Below, piece by piece: positions 25,701 to 36,611 of a stretch of DNA of 64,000 nucleotides. The DNA is taken from assembly GCA_043228905.1 (NCBI GenBank), contig JBHGNT010000009.1, positions 18,538,001 to 18,602,000 on the forward strand, read 5' to 3'. Position numbers and translations under genes: made by a program. Source of the DNA: Azolla caroliniana. Taxonomy: Eukaryota; Plantae; Polypodiophyta. How positions within the stretch are numbered: the first letter of the stretch is position 1; every line of letters begins with the position of its first letter. The notes under the pieces are model-generated. The model made no database searches. It saw only the letters and a program-made list of their open reading frames with translations, and was not told the origin of the DNA.

Positions 25701-27620
25701 ACATCGAGGGCATTCCTGCACAAAGCCTTCTCGTGAGAGCAGCTGCCGGAAAGTATTTCTACTTCAACGTGTTCAATGTTTTCTTGGGTGTGACCATAGC
25801 GGGAAGTTTGTTCAACTCCCTTAAAGGCATTGTAGACGATCCCAAGTCTGTTGTAAATTTGCTAAGCGAATCGCTTCCTGGGCAAGCCACCTTCTTTATT
25901 TCATTCGTAGCCCTCAAGTAAGTTACTTCCCCCTAAATTGTTGTTAGAAACATATGCATAAACCATATACCTTCATGAACTCAAATTATGTTACGAACAA
26001 GCCCGTTAGCTTGAATACATAGCTAAGGTTTGGGAATATAGGGGTACCATCTTGGCGACCACAATTTAGAAAGTTATGGTCTTAACATGGATCTAAGATT
26101 AATTTGTCACATAATGCAATTGTTGAGTTTACCACAATTTGGAGAGTTTTAATTTGGATATAGATGTAGGGTCAACTAATATATAAGGCTAACTACCCTA
26201 ATGTGAACTCCACATGGTGAACATTATAGATACAATTCTACCTTTAAGGTGCACCATTGTTTTCCAAGTTTCCACAATTAGTTAGGTGGAAAAGTCTTGA
26301 ATTTATTCTTCAATCCTACTACTTTCTCTTTAAGGTGCACCATTGTTTTCCAAGTTTCCACAACTAGTTAGGTGGAGAGGTTAACACTCAATTTCTCTAC
26401 TTTCTCGCTAGTTATTCTATTTATTTTGTTCACGGCCTCAAGCCTAACTTTTGGTTGGAATGACAAAGATTTTCCCATGCGGTTCACAATGATATAACTA
26501 ATGTTTATCATGACCTTGCTTACAGGTTCTTCGTGGGCTATGGCTTGACATTCTCTAGGATAGTTCCACTTGTCATCTTCCAATTGAAAAAGAAGTTTCT
26601 TTGCAAGACGGAAGAAGAAATCAAAGAGGCTTGGGCTCCTGGGTCTTTTGACTATGCAACATGTGTGCCTAATGATATGCTCATTTTGACAATCACTATT
26701 TGCTATTCAGTGATAGCACCAACTATTTTGATATTTGCCATAATCTATTTTTCCTTAGGATGGCTGCTCATGCGGAATCAGGTAAGCAAATGTCACCATG
26801 ACGTGTCTTCTCATGTATCTATTTTTCCTTAGGATAGCACCAAATAATATAATTGTGAAGTTGCATACACCTATAGATTTATACAATTTTGTATGCACCT
26901 TTATGGTGTATGTTAACCTTAATCTTGCTCATCAAAGATGTTAGTATGTACACATATAGACCGAAGTTAAAACATATCATAGCTTTGGAGGTGTATCTAT
27001 ACAAAATGTATGCCGACACACCATAGTTAAATGCATGTACTAAAAATGTATGCACATTGATGATATACTTGCAAATTCGCATACATCTTATGTTATCATT
27101 TAATTGTAAATTTGTTTATGCTTGTATTATCATATAAATGTATACGTCTTTAGTGTGTGAGATCTTCACACCTATATTATATAATAGAGTGAAGTTTTGT
27201 ACACGCGCACACCAATGATCATTCCCTTATTCACTCCATTGTTTTTGTGTTTAGGCTCTCAATGTGGTGGTGCCAAGCTATGAAAGTGGAGGGCGGATGT
27301 GGCCTCACATGCATTCAAGGATACTAGCTTCTTTGTTCTTGTCCCAACTCACCATGTTAGGTTATTTTGGTGTTAAGAAGTTTGTGTATGCACCATTGCT
27401 ATTCCCACCACTAGTAGCAACAATCGTGTTTGCATATATATGCAAAAAGTTCTTTTACCCATCTTTTGTTGTACCTCCTCTCTCTGCTAGTTGCAAGGAA
27501 GTGAAAGAGCCACCGTCGTTTGGATCAATTGTAGAAGCATATACCCCTCCTCCATTAACCCCCCCAAATCTGGATGAAGAGGCGTCATCTAAACATCATG
27601 GACAAGTGATTGACTTATAG
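22761..27620 (+). CDS. ERD4: CSC1/OSCA mechanosensitive channel, ERD4 (OSCA3.1) type. Exons 22761-23019, 23467-23621, 23999-24271, 24704-24976, 25367-25917, 26526-26781, 27255-27620
   Basis: MDTAGFVTSLLTSF..IYYPRKIL, AGLDATIY, PEQYAVLVRDIP, RPTHKTGILGLCGPRVDSIDYY, APEPREVVWRNL, SLPGQATFFISFVALKFFVGYG and RNQALNVVVPSYESGGRMWPHMH. Introns are frame-consistent GT-AG. Confidence 0.96.
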
Positions 27621-29499
27621 CTTTTGTGTATCCTTATTGAATCTTTAACCCGAGTTGGATTATGCTATCTTGTATTAAAAGGCTCATTAAATCCAATGAA
27701 AGAGTTGTAATTATCGGTTACAAGGCATGCTAGTAAAGTACTCCCGTACTTTTCATTCAATTTATCTCGATCAACATATAAATGGGTAGTTTTGAGAGTG
27801 ACATCGTGTGAATAGTCAACCATAACAAATTTGTTTAATTAGTGATTCTTGGTAATTATTTCATTAAACGATTGGTAAGAGATTATGCATGTCTATGTTT
27901 ACGTGCTTTCATGTTTGTTAAGTAGTTGTGTGTGATGTAATTAATTATTGGAATCATGACCACCTAATTATGTGATGTAATTAAGTAGTAGAATCACAAT
28001 TCAACCATTACCTACTTATGTGATGTAATTCATTAGTAGAATCACGCCTTGAGCATCATCCAATTATATGGCGTTTAGCATTTTGTGATATCAAGGGAGT
28101 TAATTCTATAGTTTTCTGGGTGACGAGGATTTGAAAGGTGTGAATCGTGATAAATGTTAACAACTCTTAGATTTTATGGTGGGTCACAAGCAAAAATAAC
28201 ATAATATTAAAGGAATAAGATACATGAAAATAGTACACAAACGTATGCCTTATTTTGTACTAAAAGTATAGGTCAAGTTTGTGCCCAGGTCACGTGAGTT
28301 TGCTTGGCCTTATTATTTTGGTGCCAATATTGCAAAAAAGGAAGAAAATCATCCTAAGTTGTAATGTGTTTTTCAGAAACATTGAAAGTGATTGGCAAAT
28401 CTTTCAAAATGTTATGCAATAGTACGGAAAGTGTTGAGATTTGTTAAATATTATAGTTCTTTTTGGTAGTCCTTGAACTTCCCGTTATAACTTAAATCAC
28501 ACTAAAATCTTTTTGGGGCATTGCCTTTTGAGTTTTGGGATAATTGAGGAAACACATTGATGAACGATAATCTCAAGAGTCAGGTAACTGTTATGACGAG
28601 TCGAGAAGTAGACAACACATACCTACGCATATTGCAGTGAACAATAGAAAACATAGTTCCATATGCAAATTACATAAAGCTTGTGCATCTCTAGTGCCTT
28701 TTCGCATCTCATTGGTTTCCCATTGTGTGGACAATGAGGCTCAAACTTTGATCTTGTAAAGTTTGCTGTAGCATGCAAACTTTATACAAAAATATTTTCA
28801 ATTTTTTTGAAGTTATCCATAACGAGATAACTTGTTCCCATGGTATACTGTCTAGAGTCTATCAAATAAGGTTCGTAGATATGTGTATGAATGTTGAAGC
28901 GTCAAGAGGAACGCATTAAAATCTCCACTCATTTTTGCATTGCAAGACATGAAGCTTTTTGCTCGATTTGCTTTTCCGGGTTTAATTCAACAAATTATTG
29001 AATAATGATGGATACATAAGTTGTATGTAGACAACAAGTTAGCGTCACATATATTGGGGGAGTGTTTTTCGATCACTTTGGATGAGCACGGGGATGTGAG
29101 GTAGCAACAAGTTAATGCAAGTTTGTGTATGAGCAAAGGTCTGTCAATGTGGTAAGGAAAAACATATGAAAGGGAGTGTATACTTAATAGGCTCATCCAT
29201 GTGTGGGCATTCCAATCCGCATGTGACAAAAGAAGGGTTGATTGAATAACAAGAGACATTGGAGGGGAGCTGATTTGCCCAAGTCATGCATGGGTGGGTT
29301 TAGGGTAACCAATGGATGCAAGCCAATGATGCCACATCAAAACATACTGGATGGGCCAATTTGCACCATGTCTCAGTGTTCTGATCTGCGTGTGACAAAG
29401 AAGGGGTTGATAGGAGACGTTCGGGGGGAGGTGATTTGCTAGCGCAACTATCTAATGCAAAGTGTCCAGCAACACGCCATTTTGATTGAAGTGTCCGGG

Positions 29500-29990
29500 A
29501 CGGCCTGGGCTGGGCGAATCAATCATGAGGGAATGGACACCCAATGCAACGGGCGCCGGACAAAACTCACGGGACATTGGGACAAAACTCATGGGCCCGA
29601 TGGCCGGGGAAGAAGCTTATGGACAAGAAGAGTCTAGTTTTTCCTTTAAACTTATGGATGGTTTTATGCTAATAGGGTTAGGGTTAGGGTTAGGGTCCTC
29701 TCTTTTAGGGTTTTGGATTAGGGTTTCTCTTTCTGGGTTCTCTTGTCTTGTATCTTGTTAAACTTGTGGACAAAAGAGTCTAGTTTTCCTTTAAACTAAA
29801 CCTATGGGTTTTTTTCTGCTAATAGGGTTAGGGTTCTCTCTTTGAGGGTTTTGGATTAGGGTTTCTCTTTTCTGGGTTTCCTCGTCTTGTATCTTGTTAA
29901 ACGAGAATTAGGGTTTCCTGATTCTCTTCCTTCTCCTCGCCGAGCTTAACTTCTTCTTATGCATCAGACGCAGACAGGTTAGGGTTTCTC
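29500..29990 (+). promoter_or_regulatory. Site II (TGGGCC/T) and telo-box (TAGGGTTT) cluster, including a ~145-bp tandem duplication
   Basis: TGGGCT at about 29506 and TGGGCCC at 29592. TAGGGTTT at about 29706, 29719, 29857, 29909 and 29980. The unit TGGACAA..AGAGTCTAGTTTT..TCTTGTATCTTGTTAAAC is duplicated at about 29618-29763 and 29765-29902. Confidence 0.6.
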
Positions 29991-30026
29991 CCTCCTTCTG
30001 TATATCATCTGCCTGTCTGCTCCGCG

Positions 30027-31571
30027 ATGGCTTCACCCGCAAGGAGCGTCGCGGCGGTAAGCTCTAGCCCTATTTCCCCTCCTTCACCATGGATCGACAG
30101 TCCCCGATCCTCCACTGATTCCATCTCCCGGCCCAGGCGATCTCTTCTCTCTGCTCATTTCTCCAAAAAGAAATACTCGGAGCGGAAGCAAGAGCCAGAG
30201 AAGGCCGATGGATTGCCCTTGCCCCGAACTATGGATATGGCAGAGGTCCTTCACGCGATGGAGAGGAAAAAAGGCGAAGAAGAAGAAGAAGACGAAGAGG
30301 ACAAGGATGCCGAAGACTGTGAAAGCGATGGAATGTCTCACATAGTGGATGTGACAGACATGCTTCACGATATGGAGCAGACGACGGATGATGATGGAGT
30401 CTATGGGATACTTCAAACGGTACATATGGATTACCTGATGGAGCGTAAGACGGACTATGAAAGAGACAACAACGGCATTCTTCTAGCAGTGAATACGGTG
30501 GAGATTCTTCACTCGATGGATCAGAGGACAGATAATCCTTGTGATGATGGTGATGAAAGAGACTGTGGAATGCTTCAAACTGTGGATATGGCAAAGGCAA
30601 TTACCATAATGGATCACAAGACAGACAAGAACGATGAAAACGAATTAACTGATACTTTGGAGCCTGCTCAGATGATGAAGCAGACAACAACAGATGACGA
30701 TAAAAGTGATAATCGACCAGTGGCTATGGCAGATCTGCTTAATTACACAATGCAGCTAAAGAATATTGATGATGGAGGTGAAGAAGAAGGTAGAATTGGC
30801 AGGCTTTCGAAAAGCTTGCCTTCTCCCAGCAGTTCTTGGGAATTATTTGACGAGCCAGGAACACCTCCAGAGGTGGCTGCCATCTCCAATCTTCCTCCTC
30901 CCATGGCTCCCAAGAAGAGCTCCAAGAATCGTATTATTCCTTTAGGCAAACAGCGCCCCAGGAAGCTCATATTTGGTGACAGTGAATCGTCAGATCTCCC
31001 GCAAGAACCTATGGATACTCTTCAAGAAGATAGATCCTCAGGCACACAAGGCCATTCCAGGCTCTTAATTAATGAAGATGTACATGCAGATCTCCATGGA
31101 CCAGATGATATGCAAGAAGACAGATCATTAGGTAAACAATGCAATCGTAGGAACTTGTTTGGGGAAGATGTACTGCAGGCTGAGCCTTCAGATGTCGTCG
31201 ATCAGGTACATATGGATCTGCAAGAAGACAGATCTTTTGGCAAACTACACCAATGTAGTCTCTTATTTGGTGAAGATGAACGTCATGAACCGAGTGCAGA
31301 GCTTCATCAGAATCCTCTTAATCTGCATGGAACTAGACCTGTAGAACTCCATGAATGGCCTTCCGGTCTGCAAGAAACCAGACCTTTAATAGGCAAACAA
31401 CTACATCGGAATCTCTTATTTGGTGAAGATGAACAACAAGACGAACGTTCAGAGATTCAACAAAGGCCTAAAGAAACTAGAAAATCCTCCTCCTCCCCTT
31501 CGTCTGCTTCTTCTTCTTCTTCTTCTTCTTCTTCTTCCTCTTTTTCTGTCCGAGTCATGCAATTACGTTAG
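30027..31571 (+). CDS. Intronless acidic, probably disordered 514-aa protein with two internal repeat arrays and an SMR-like core; function unassigned
   Basis: Long uninterrupted ORF in good start context (GCGATGG), preceded by a telo-box promoter. No TE domain recognised. Confidence 0.75.
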   Translation: MASPARSVAAVSSSPISPPSPWIDSPRSSTDSISRPRRSLLSAHFSKKKYSERKQEPEKADGLPLPRTMDMAEVLHAMERKKGEEEEEDEEDKDAEDCESDGMSHIVDVTDMLHDMEQTTDDDGVYGILQTVHMDYLMERKTDYERDNNGILLAVNTVEILHSMDQRTDNPCDDGDERDCGMLQTVDMAKAITIMDHKTDKNDENELTDTLEPAQMMKQTTTDDDKSDNRPVAMADLLNYTMQLKNIDDGGEEEGRIGRLSKSLPSPSSSWELFDEPGTPPEVAAISNLPPPMAPKKSSKNRIIPLGKQRPRKLIFGDSESSDLPQEPMDTLQEDRSSGTQGHSRLLINEDVHADLHGPDDMQEDRSLGKQCNRRNLFGEDVLQAEPSDVVDQVHMDLQEDRSFGKLHQCSLLFGEDERHEPSAELHQNPLNLHGTRPVELHEWPSGLQETRPLIGKQLHRNLLFGEDEQQDERSEIQQRPKETRKSSSSPSSASSSSSSSSSSSFSVRVMQLR

Positions 31572-34500
31572 ACACACAACAGTAAACTGTATCATTCTTC
31601 TTATATCTAACAGACAATGAACAGCAGGGACAGAAAGAGAAGCTGCATGATTCCTTGTCCCCTTCCTTAGGTCCAGGTCAGAGTGCAAATATGCTGGGAA
31701 ATTCCTAGTTTTCTGAGAATAGAAATAGTTTTTGCTCTATTTTTGTTATTGTGCATTTGGTTTACGCACATGGCATTGGTGAAGAACACACTCTCTCTCA
31801 TATTGCGAAGCTAACTATTTTGTCTTCCTACACAAGGTGCAGGATATATGTCTGCATCAAATGTCATATATGTATTCCATATTGCCATGTTCTCAATTGT
31901 ATAATCTGCTCAGGATGGTAAGCACCAAATGAGGTACATTTCATGATTGGTTCTGCTGTGGTATTGAGGCGTCAATCTTGCTTCAGGTCAGTTAGTTCTG
32001 TGGATATCTTGCTTTGGGTAGTCTGCATGCCCAAATGGTTCCCCTTTGTGGGCATGCTGTGAAGGAATGACGGATGTGGCATATTGTCAAATCTTATACT
32101 GTAAATTCCATCCAGTAGTGATGGACTCTAAAACTGAAATGCCCTGTATACATCCTTCTGGCAGAGAATCAATGCCTTATTGGTTTTGATGAATTATATG
32201 AAATCAATCACTTAAGGCAGTCAACCTCCTTTCATGCACTTTGTTGCATCTGTCTTTCAGATTGATTCTGAATGTGTAGAACATTCTCTGCAAATTGTGA
32301 AAGACAAGTTTTGTGTGCATGAACTGATGTGATATGAGGCGTGTTCGCAACGAGCTTTCACCATATACTTGTGGTCATGATAACCTTACCATTGGTCTAT
32401 CTCGATTGACTTTGTACAAGTATCGGACAGTATAGGAGGTTGTTTATATGCTCTGTTTTTGTATACTTGTAGCCTTAGTTACTGAATGATCATCAGGTAT
32501 GTGCGGCTTTCGGATAGTTTCTGTGTCAGCTTGATGCTGTTTTCCTGCTCTGCTATTAACTCTTTTAAAATTTCACGCCAATTTTTGTTTGTTTGAAGTA
32601 ACTTGAATTGTTGCGACATTGTGTGGGCTTTTCAATGCCAAATGGTTTGCCTGGTTTGTTCTAATATTCAGCATCCTATTACTTACTCAGTGCACCCATG
32701 CCTCACCTAGACAAGTCCTGAATTGTGATACATAATGGAACTTCGTGGATAGGGTCATAGTTTTTTATTGTAGATGGCAATCCATTGCAATTAATTGTGG
32801 ATCGTGGACTTGTCATTTTTGTGTCATCTATAAACATCACATTCTTGTGGTACTCTTTTGTACAAGGTGCTTGTGTATGCATATATGCATAATATCATGC
32901 AACATGGAATGCTGATTGATCGTCATTGCATTGACAGCATTGTTGTGAACTTATGTAGAAACATGTCTGATGCTTTTATGTTTGTCCCACTCCCATCTGA
33001 AACAGGAGAATGCAGGGTTTCCTGTTCTTCTGATTGATGAAAAGGGAAAGATGGTGATCATTATGTGTTAATGCTCTCTGGATCCCTGAAACATGACCTA
33101 AAAGGGTGTTCCACAATAATCTCCTTCACTTGCATCCTCATTCCGTTTGTTTGTGACTATGCCTAATAGTACATGAACTTACATTTATCATGAGAATGTC
33201 ATCAATGTTTGACCCCTAGTAATGTTCCCACGATACATCTCTTAACCCATTTGCATGAGTTGTATGCCCCATGATGTGAAGTGTTGAAGAGTGTTTGCAT
33301 GCCAAGAGAAAAGCACTGAATCATCTGCATTGAGAGATAGTTTAACAAAATAATGGCCTAGGGCTGGTTGTAAATTTGTTCATTTGTGTTATTTTGTATT
33401 ATAAGGAAATCTTCTAAAGTGGTTTATGCACTAGTCGTATTGATTGGCCAAGAATGTGTATCCTCTCTTTATCCCAAGATTACCACCAAACTCATTGGCT
33501 TGACTAACAATAGAACCCTTGAAGTGCATAAATATTATAGATCAAACTAATGATGAGGAAAAGTATAAGAGATTAATGAGAAGAATGGATTAACAGTTCT
33601 TAACCACACCAACCACTCCCAAGCAAAGGTCATGAGATGAACATAAAATATTGTTGGTGTCCCATGCCACCAAATGTTATCCTATGCCATACCTTGGTTT
33701 CGAATAATGGATGTGAAAAGGAGAGCTTCACCTGACCAATAGAGTTTGGACAAAGGACAAAGTAATTCACTTTATATAGCTTAACACCTAAGGCTCTTAG
33801 ACTACTGTGTTTTCCCATCTACCATAGGTCCATATGGGTTTGTATCGAATACTAGGATTTACAGTTTCTTGACCATCCTACCCTTGGTCCATTAAAATTA
33901 GTCATAAATTTGGTCAATAAAGTTATGGTATAACAATAAACAATCCGAAGGAGGTAGTAGTGACCGAGTTTTAAAGGATTTGGCAAGATTTGGAGAGACA
34001 ACAAGAAGTCAAGAACCTAAACCATAGTAAAACTTGATGCAATGCCTTGTAATCAAAGATGTGACTTGGAATGTAAATTTGTTCTTTCTTGAGACAACTA
34101 TCAAACTTCTAATTGTGGAATATTGAGAGGCACAAGAAGAGCAAGTAATTGTTATGGTATTTTGTGTATTTTGGGTCTGAGGAGAGAATAGATATTTTTT
34201 CAAGGCCAAATTTGACCTTAGAGTGAAAAAATAATGCACGCATGTAAGAAGGGGTTTATTATTTCTTGGTGGAGATTCAAGTATGTCAATTAAATTATCA
34301 TTCTCATCTAGCAAGTCATCATGCTTTACAAATTACCTTATATGTTGAGCATACAAAAGTAACTCACATTTAGCCTCCACTAGGTTTTCATTACATATGT
34401 TACATATCTACGTACTTAGCTGATGATGCCATATCATGTTCTTCTAACAAGTCATCATACTTCTTACAAATTACTCTACATGCCGAGCATAATATAAAAA

Positions 34501-35199
34501 TTAAGTGACATTTAGCCTTTGCTAGGTTTTCATTACATGTTGCATATCTGCATACTTGGGTGACGATGACATGATGCCTCAACACCCAACTTTGCAAGCG
34601 AGTTCAAAGAAGTGTTAAGGCCCATGAGGATATTAGCATCTTGCCAATTCATCCTCAATGCATCACCTAAGAAACAAGGTAGATAGATAGATACACACAT
34701 ATATATAATTTATTGTTGTCTTCATAGGTCAAATATGACCTATGAGACCAAAAATTATAGCATTTTCATGTAATACATGTGAAAGTGAGTCTTGATGTTC
34801 AAGAACTTTATTAAGAAATGTTGTAATTGAGATTGCACATTGTGATTGTGAGAGAAATTCGTGCAACGATTAGGTTTGGTGGAAGAGTTGTTTAAATATA
34901 TTCAAACCCATAAACCATTAACCATGGTTAAGGGTCTGGTTTGAGCTAAACGAAGCTAATTATCATTGTTATGTGGACGTGTGTGAATATACGTAAATAT
35001 TTTTAAACTGGGCATAGAGCCTATCTCGGGTAGCATGGACTCGAGTTTAGCTAGGTTTGGTGACAATGAGGTCCAACAACAACCCCTTTGTTTGTGATTG
35101 ATGGGGTTGGGGCAACATAAGTAGAAATGTGGCTCACCATACCTTCTTCCAAGCTTTCTACAAATGCTTTGAACATTGATTTAGTTTACATGAGGAATT

Positions 35200-35950
35200 G
35201 TCCGTGTTCATTCATGGAGGATTCTCTACATAATGTCCTCTCCCCACAAGGAACAACATGTGTTGCTTCACGTGGATTATACAATGATCAATAGACCTCC
35301 CTCCTCAAGATGGTTGATCATGAGAGAAGTTAAGTCCCTTTTTATCAAGCTTGGCAAAGAATTCGTTTCTGTTCCCAATCCAAGGGCACTAGATCCAGAG
35401 GATGCATATTCAAATATCTCATTGTCAAGTTTAGAGTAAAGATTTGAAATTCTTGTTTCTGTTGAAGTCGGGTTCGTTTTTCTCCAATTTCCGAAGAAGT
35501 AGGAAAATAGATCAATTTCATGGTGGCAACTTTTGCTAGATATAAATTCAAGTAGTGGATACCACATGGTTCCTTTGGGCCTTAAGGAAAGAGGTTTGAA
35601 CATGTTCCACGAGAATATGAACATTTTTTCTCATCGAGAGCATTACGTGGGCCACTTCTTTCATGATGAGATGTTGAGGATAACAAACCCACAGGGAAGT
35701 TTTGGGTATCCTACTCAAACCCGGGGAATTCTTGATGTAGATATTGATCAATTTTCATAACATTGTTTTCATATCCTCGATCTGACTCAGACTGCTCGTC
35801 CTATCCGATTTTCTTTATCGTGAGCACGGGGAGTGAGCCAACTCCCTTCCCTCGGGCGACATTCGTTTGAGACATCAATCATTTCGGCGATGGCTTGCTA
35901 AGCTTACACAAAAGAATGTCACTATGAGAAGACAACTTTTTTCACTTGTA
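35200..35950 (-). mobile_element. Possible degraded LINE ORF1 (DUF4283-like) remnant
   Basis: Broken minus frames such as GFVILNIS and MFIFSWNMFKP..MWYPLLE weakly resemble LINE ORF1. Confidence 0.3.
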
Positions 35951-36611
35951 TGGAGCCTTGATAAGAACTTCTTTTGCGTCGCGCTTACAAGATCAACTCA
36001 CTATTGGTTTCACATGGAAATCTAATGTCTCCAAACCATTGGTAAGTGACATGAATCATCTCAAATATCGTGGAACTTGTATCATGATTTGATTATTGTG
36101 ACTGGTAGGGATCCCTAATTCACTCGATAATTATGATAAATAACATTTGAAAAACTTGAGGCATTCTTTTGCATGTCAACATACAATCATTCTAGAGGAT
36201 CATGTAATTAGGTAGCTAACAAAGGTCTCGTGCATTAACAAAGTTAACCTACAACACGTAAAACTCAACATCTCATTATTTGATTTGAGGAAACTTGCAT
36301 TCCATGCACGTGACTTTGTGATTGTGTTTAATTGGTAGCAAAAAAGTTGAACTTCATTTGAAAAGTTTCCATGTTAACAAAATGTTACGGAAACAAAGAA
36401 AGCACATTTGTTTTGATGTTGCGCATTATATATATCTAGGTCTATGATATTGTTTCATTTTCAAATCAAGTGTGTCAGGCTACATTATAATGAGGCTACA
36501 AAGAATGTCTTTTTGTAGTTGCATACGAAATGTAAGCATTAGTTGCTAACATGGGCAAGTTAATTCCTCATAGTATACATATACATACATATACATGCAC
36601 ACATACTATAA

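Noticed and set aside
31572-34600. Splice-like signals and short ORFs downstream of the 514-aa ORF
   Set aside because: No consistent coding frame could be assembled; may be 3' UTR introns or TE debris.
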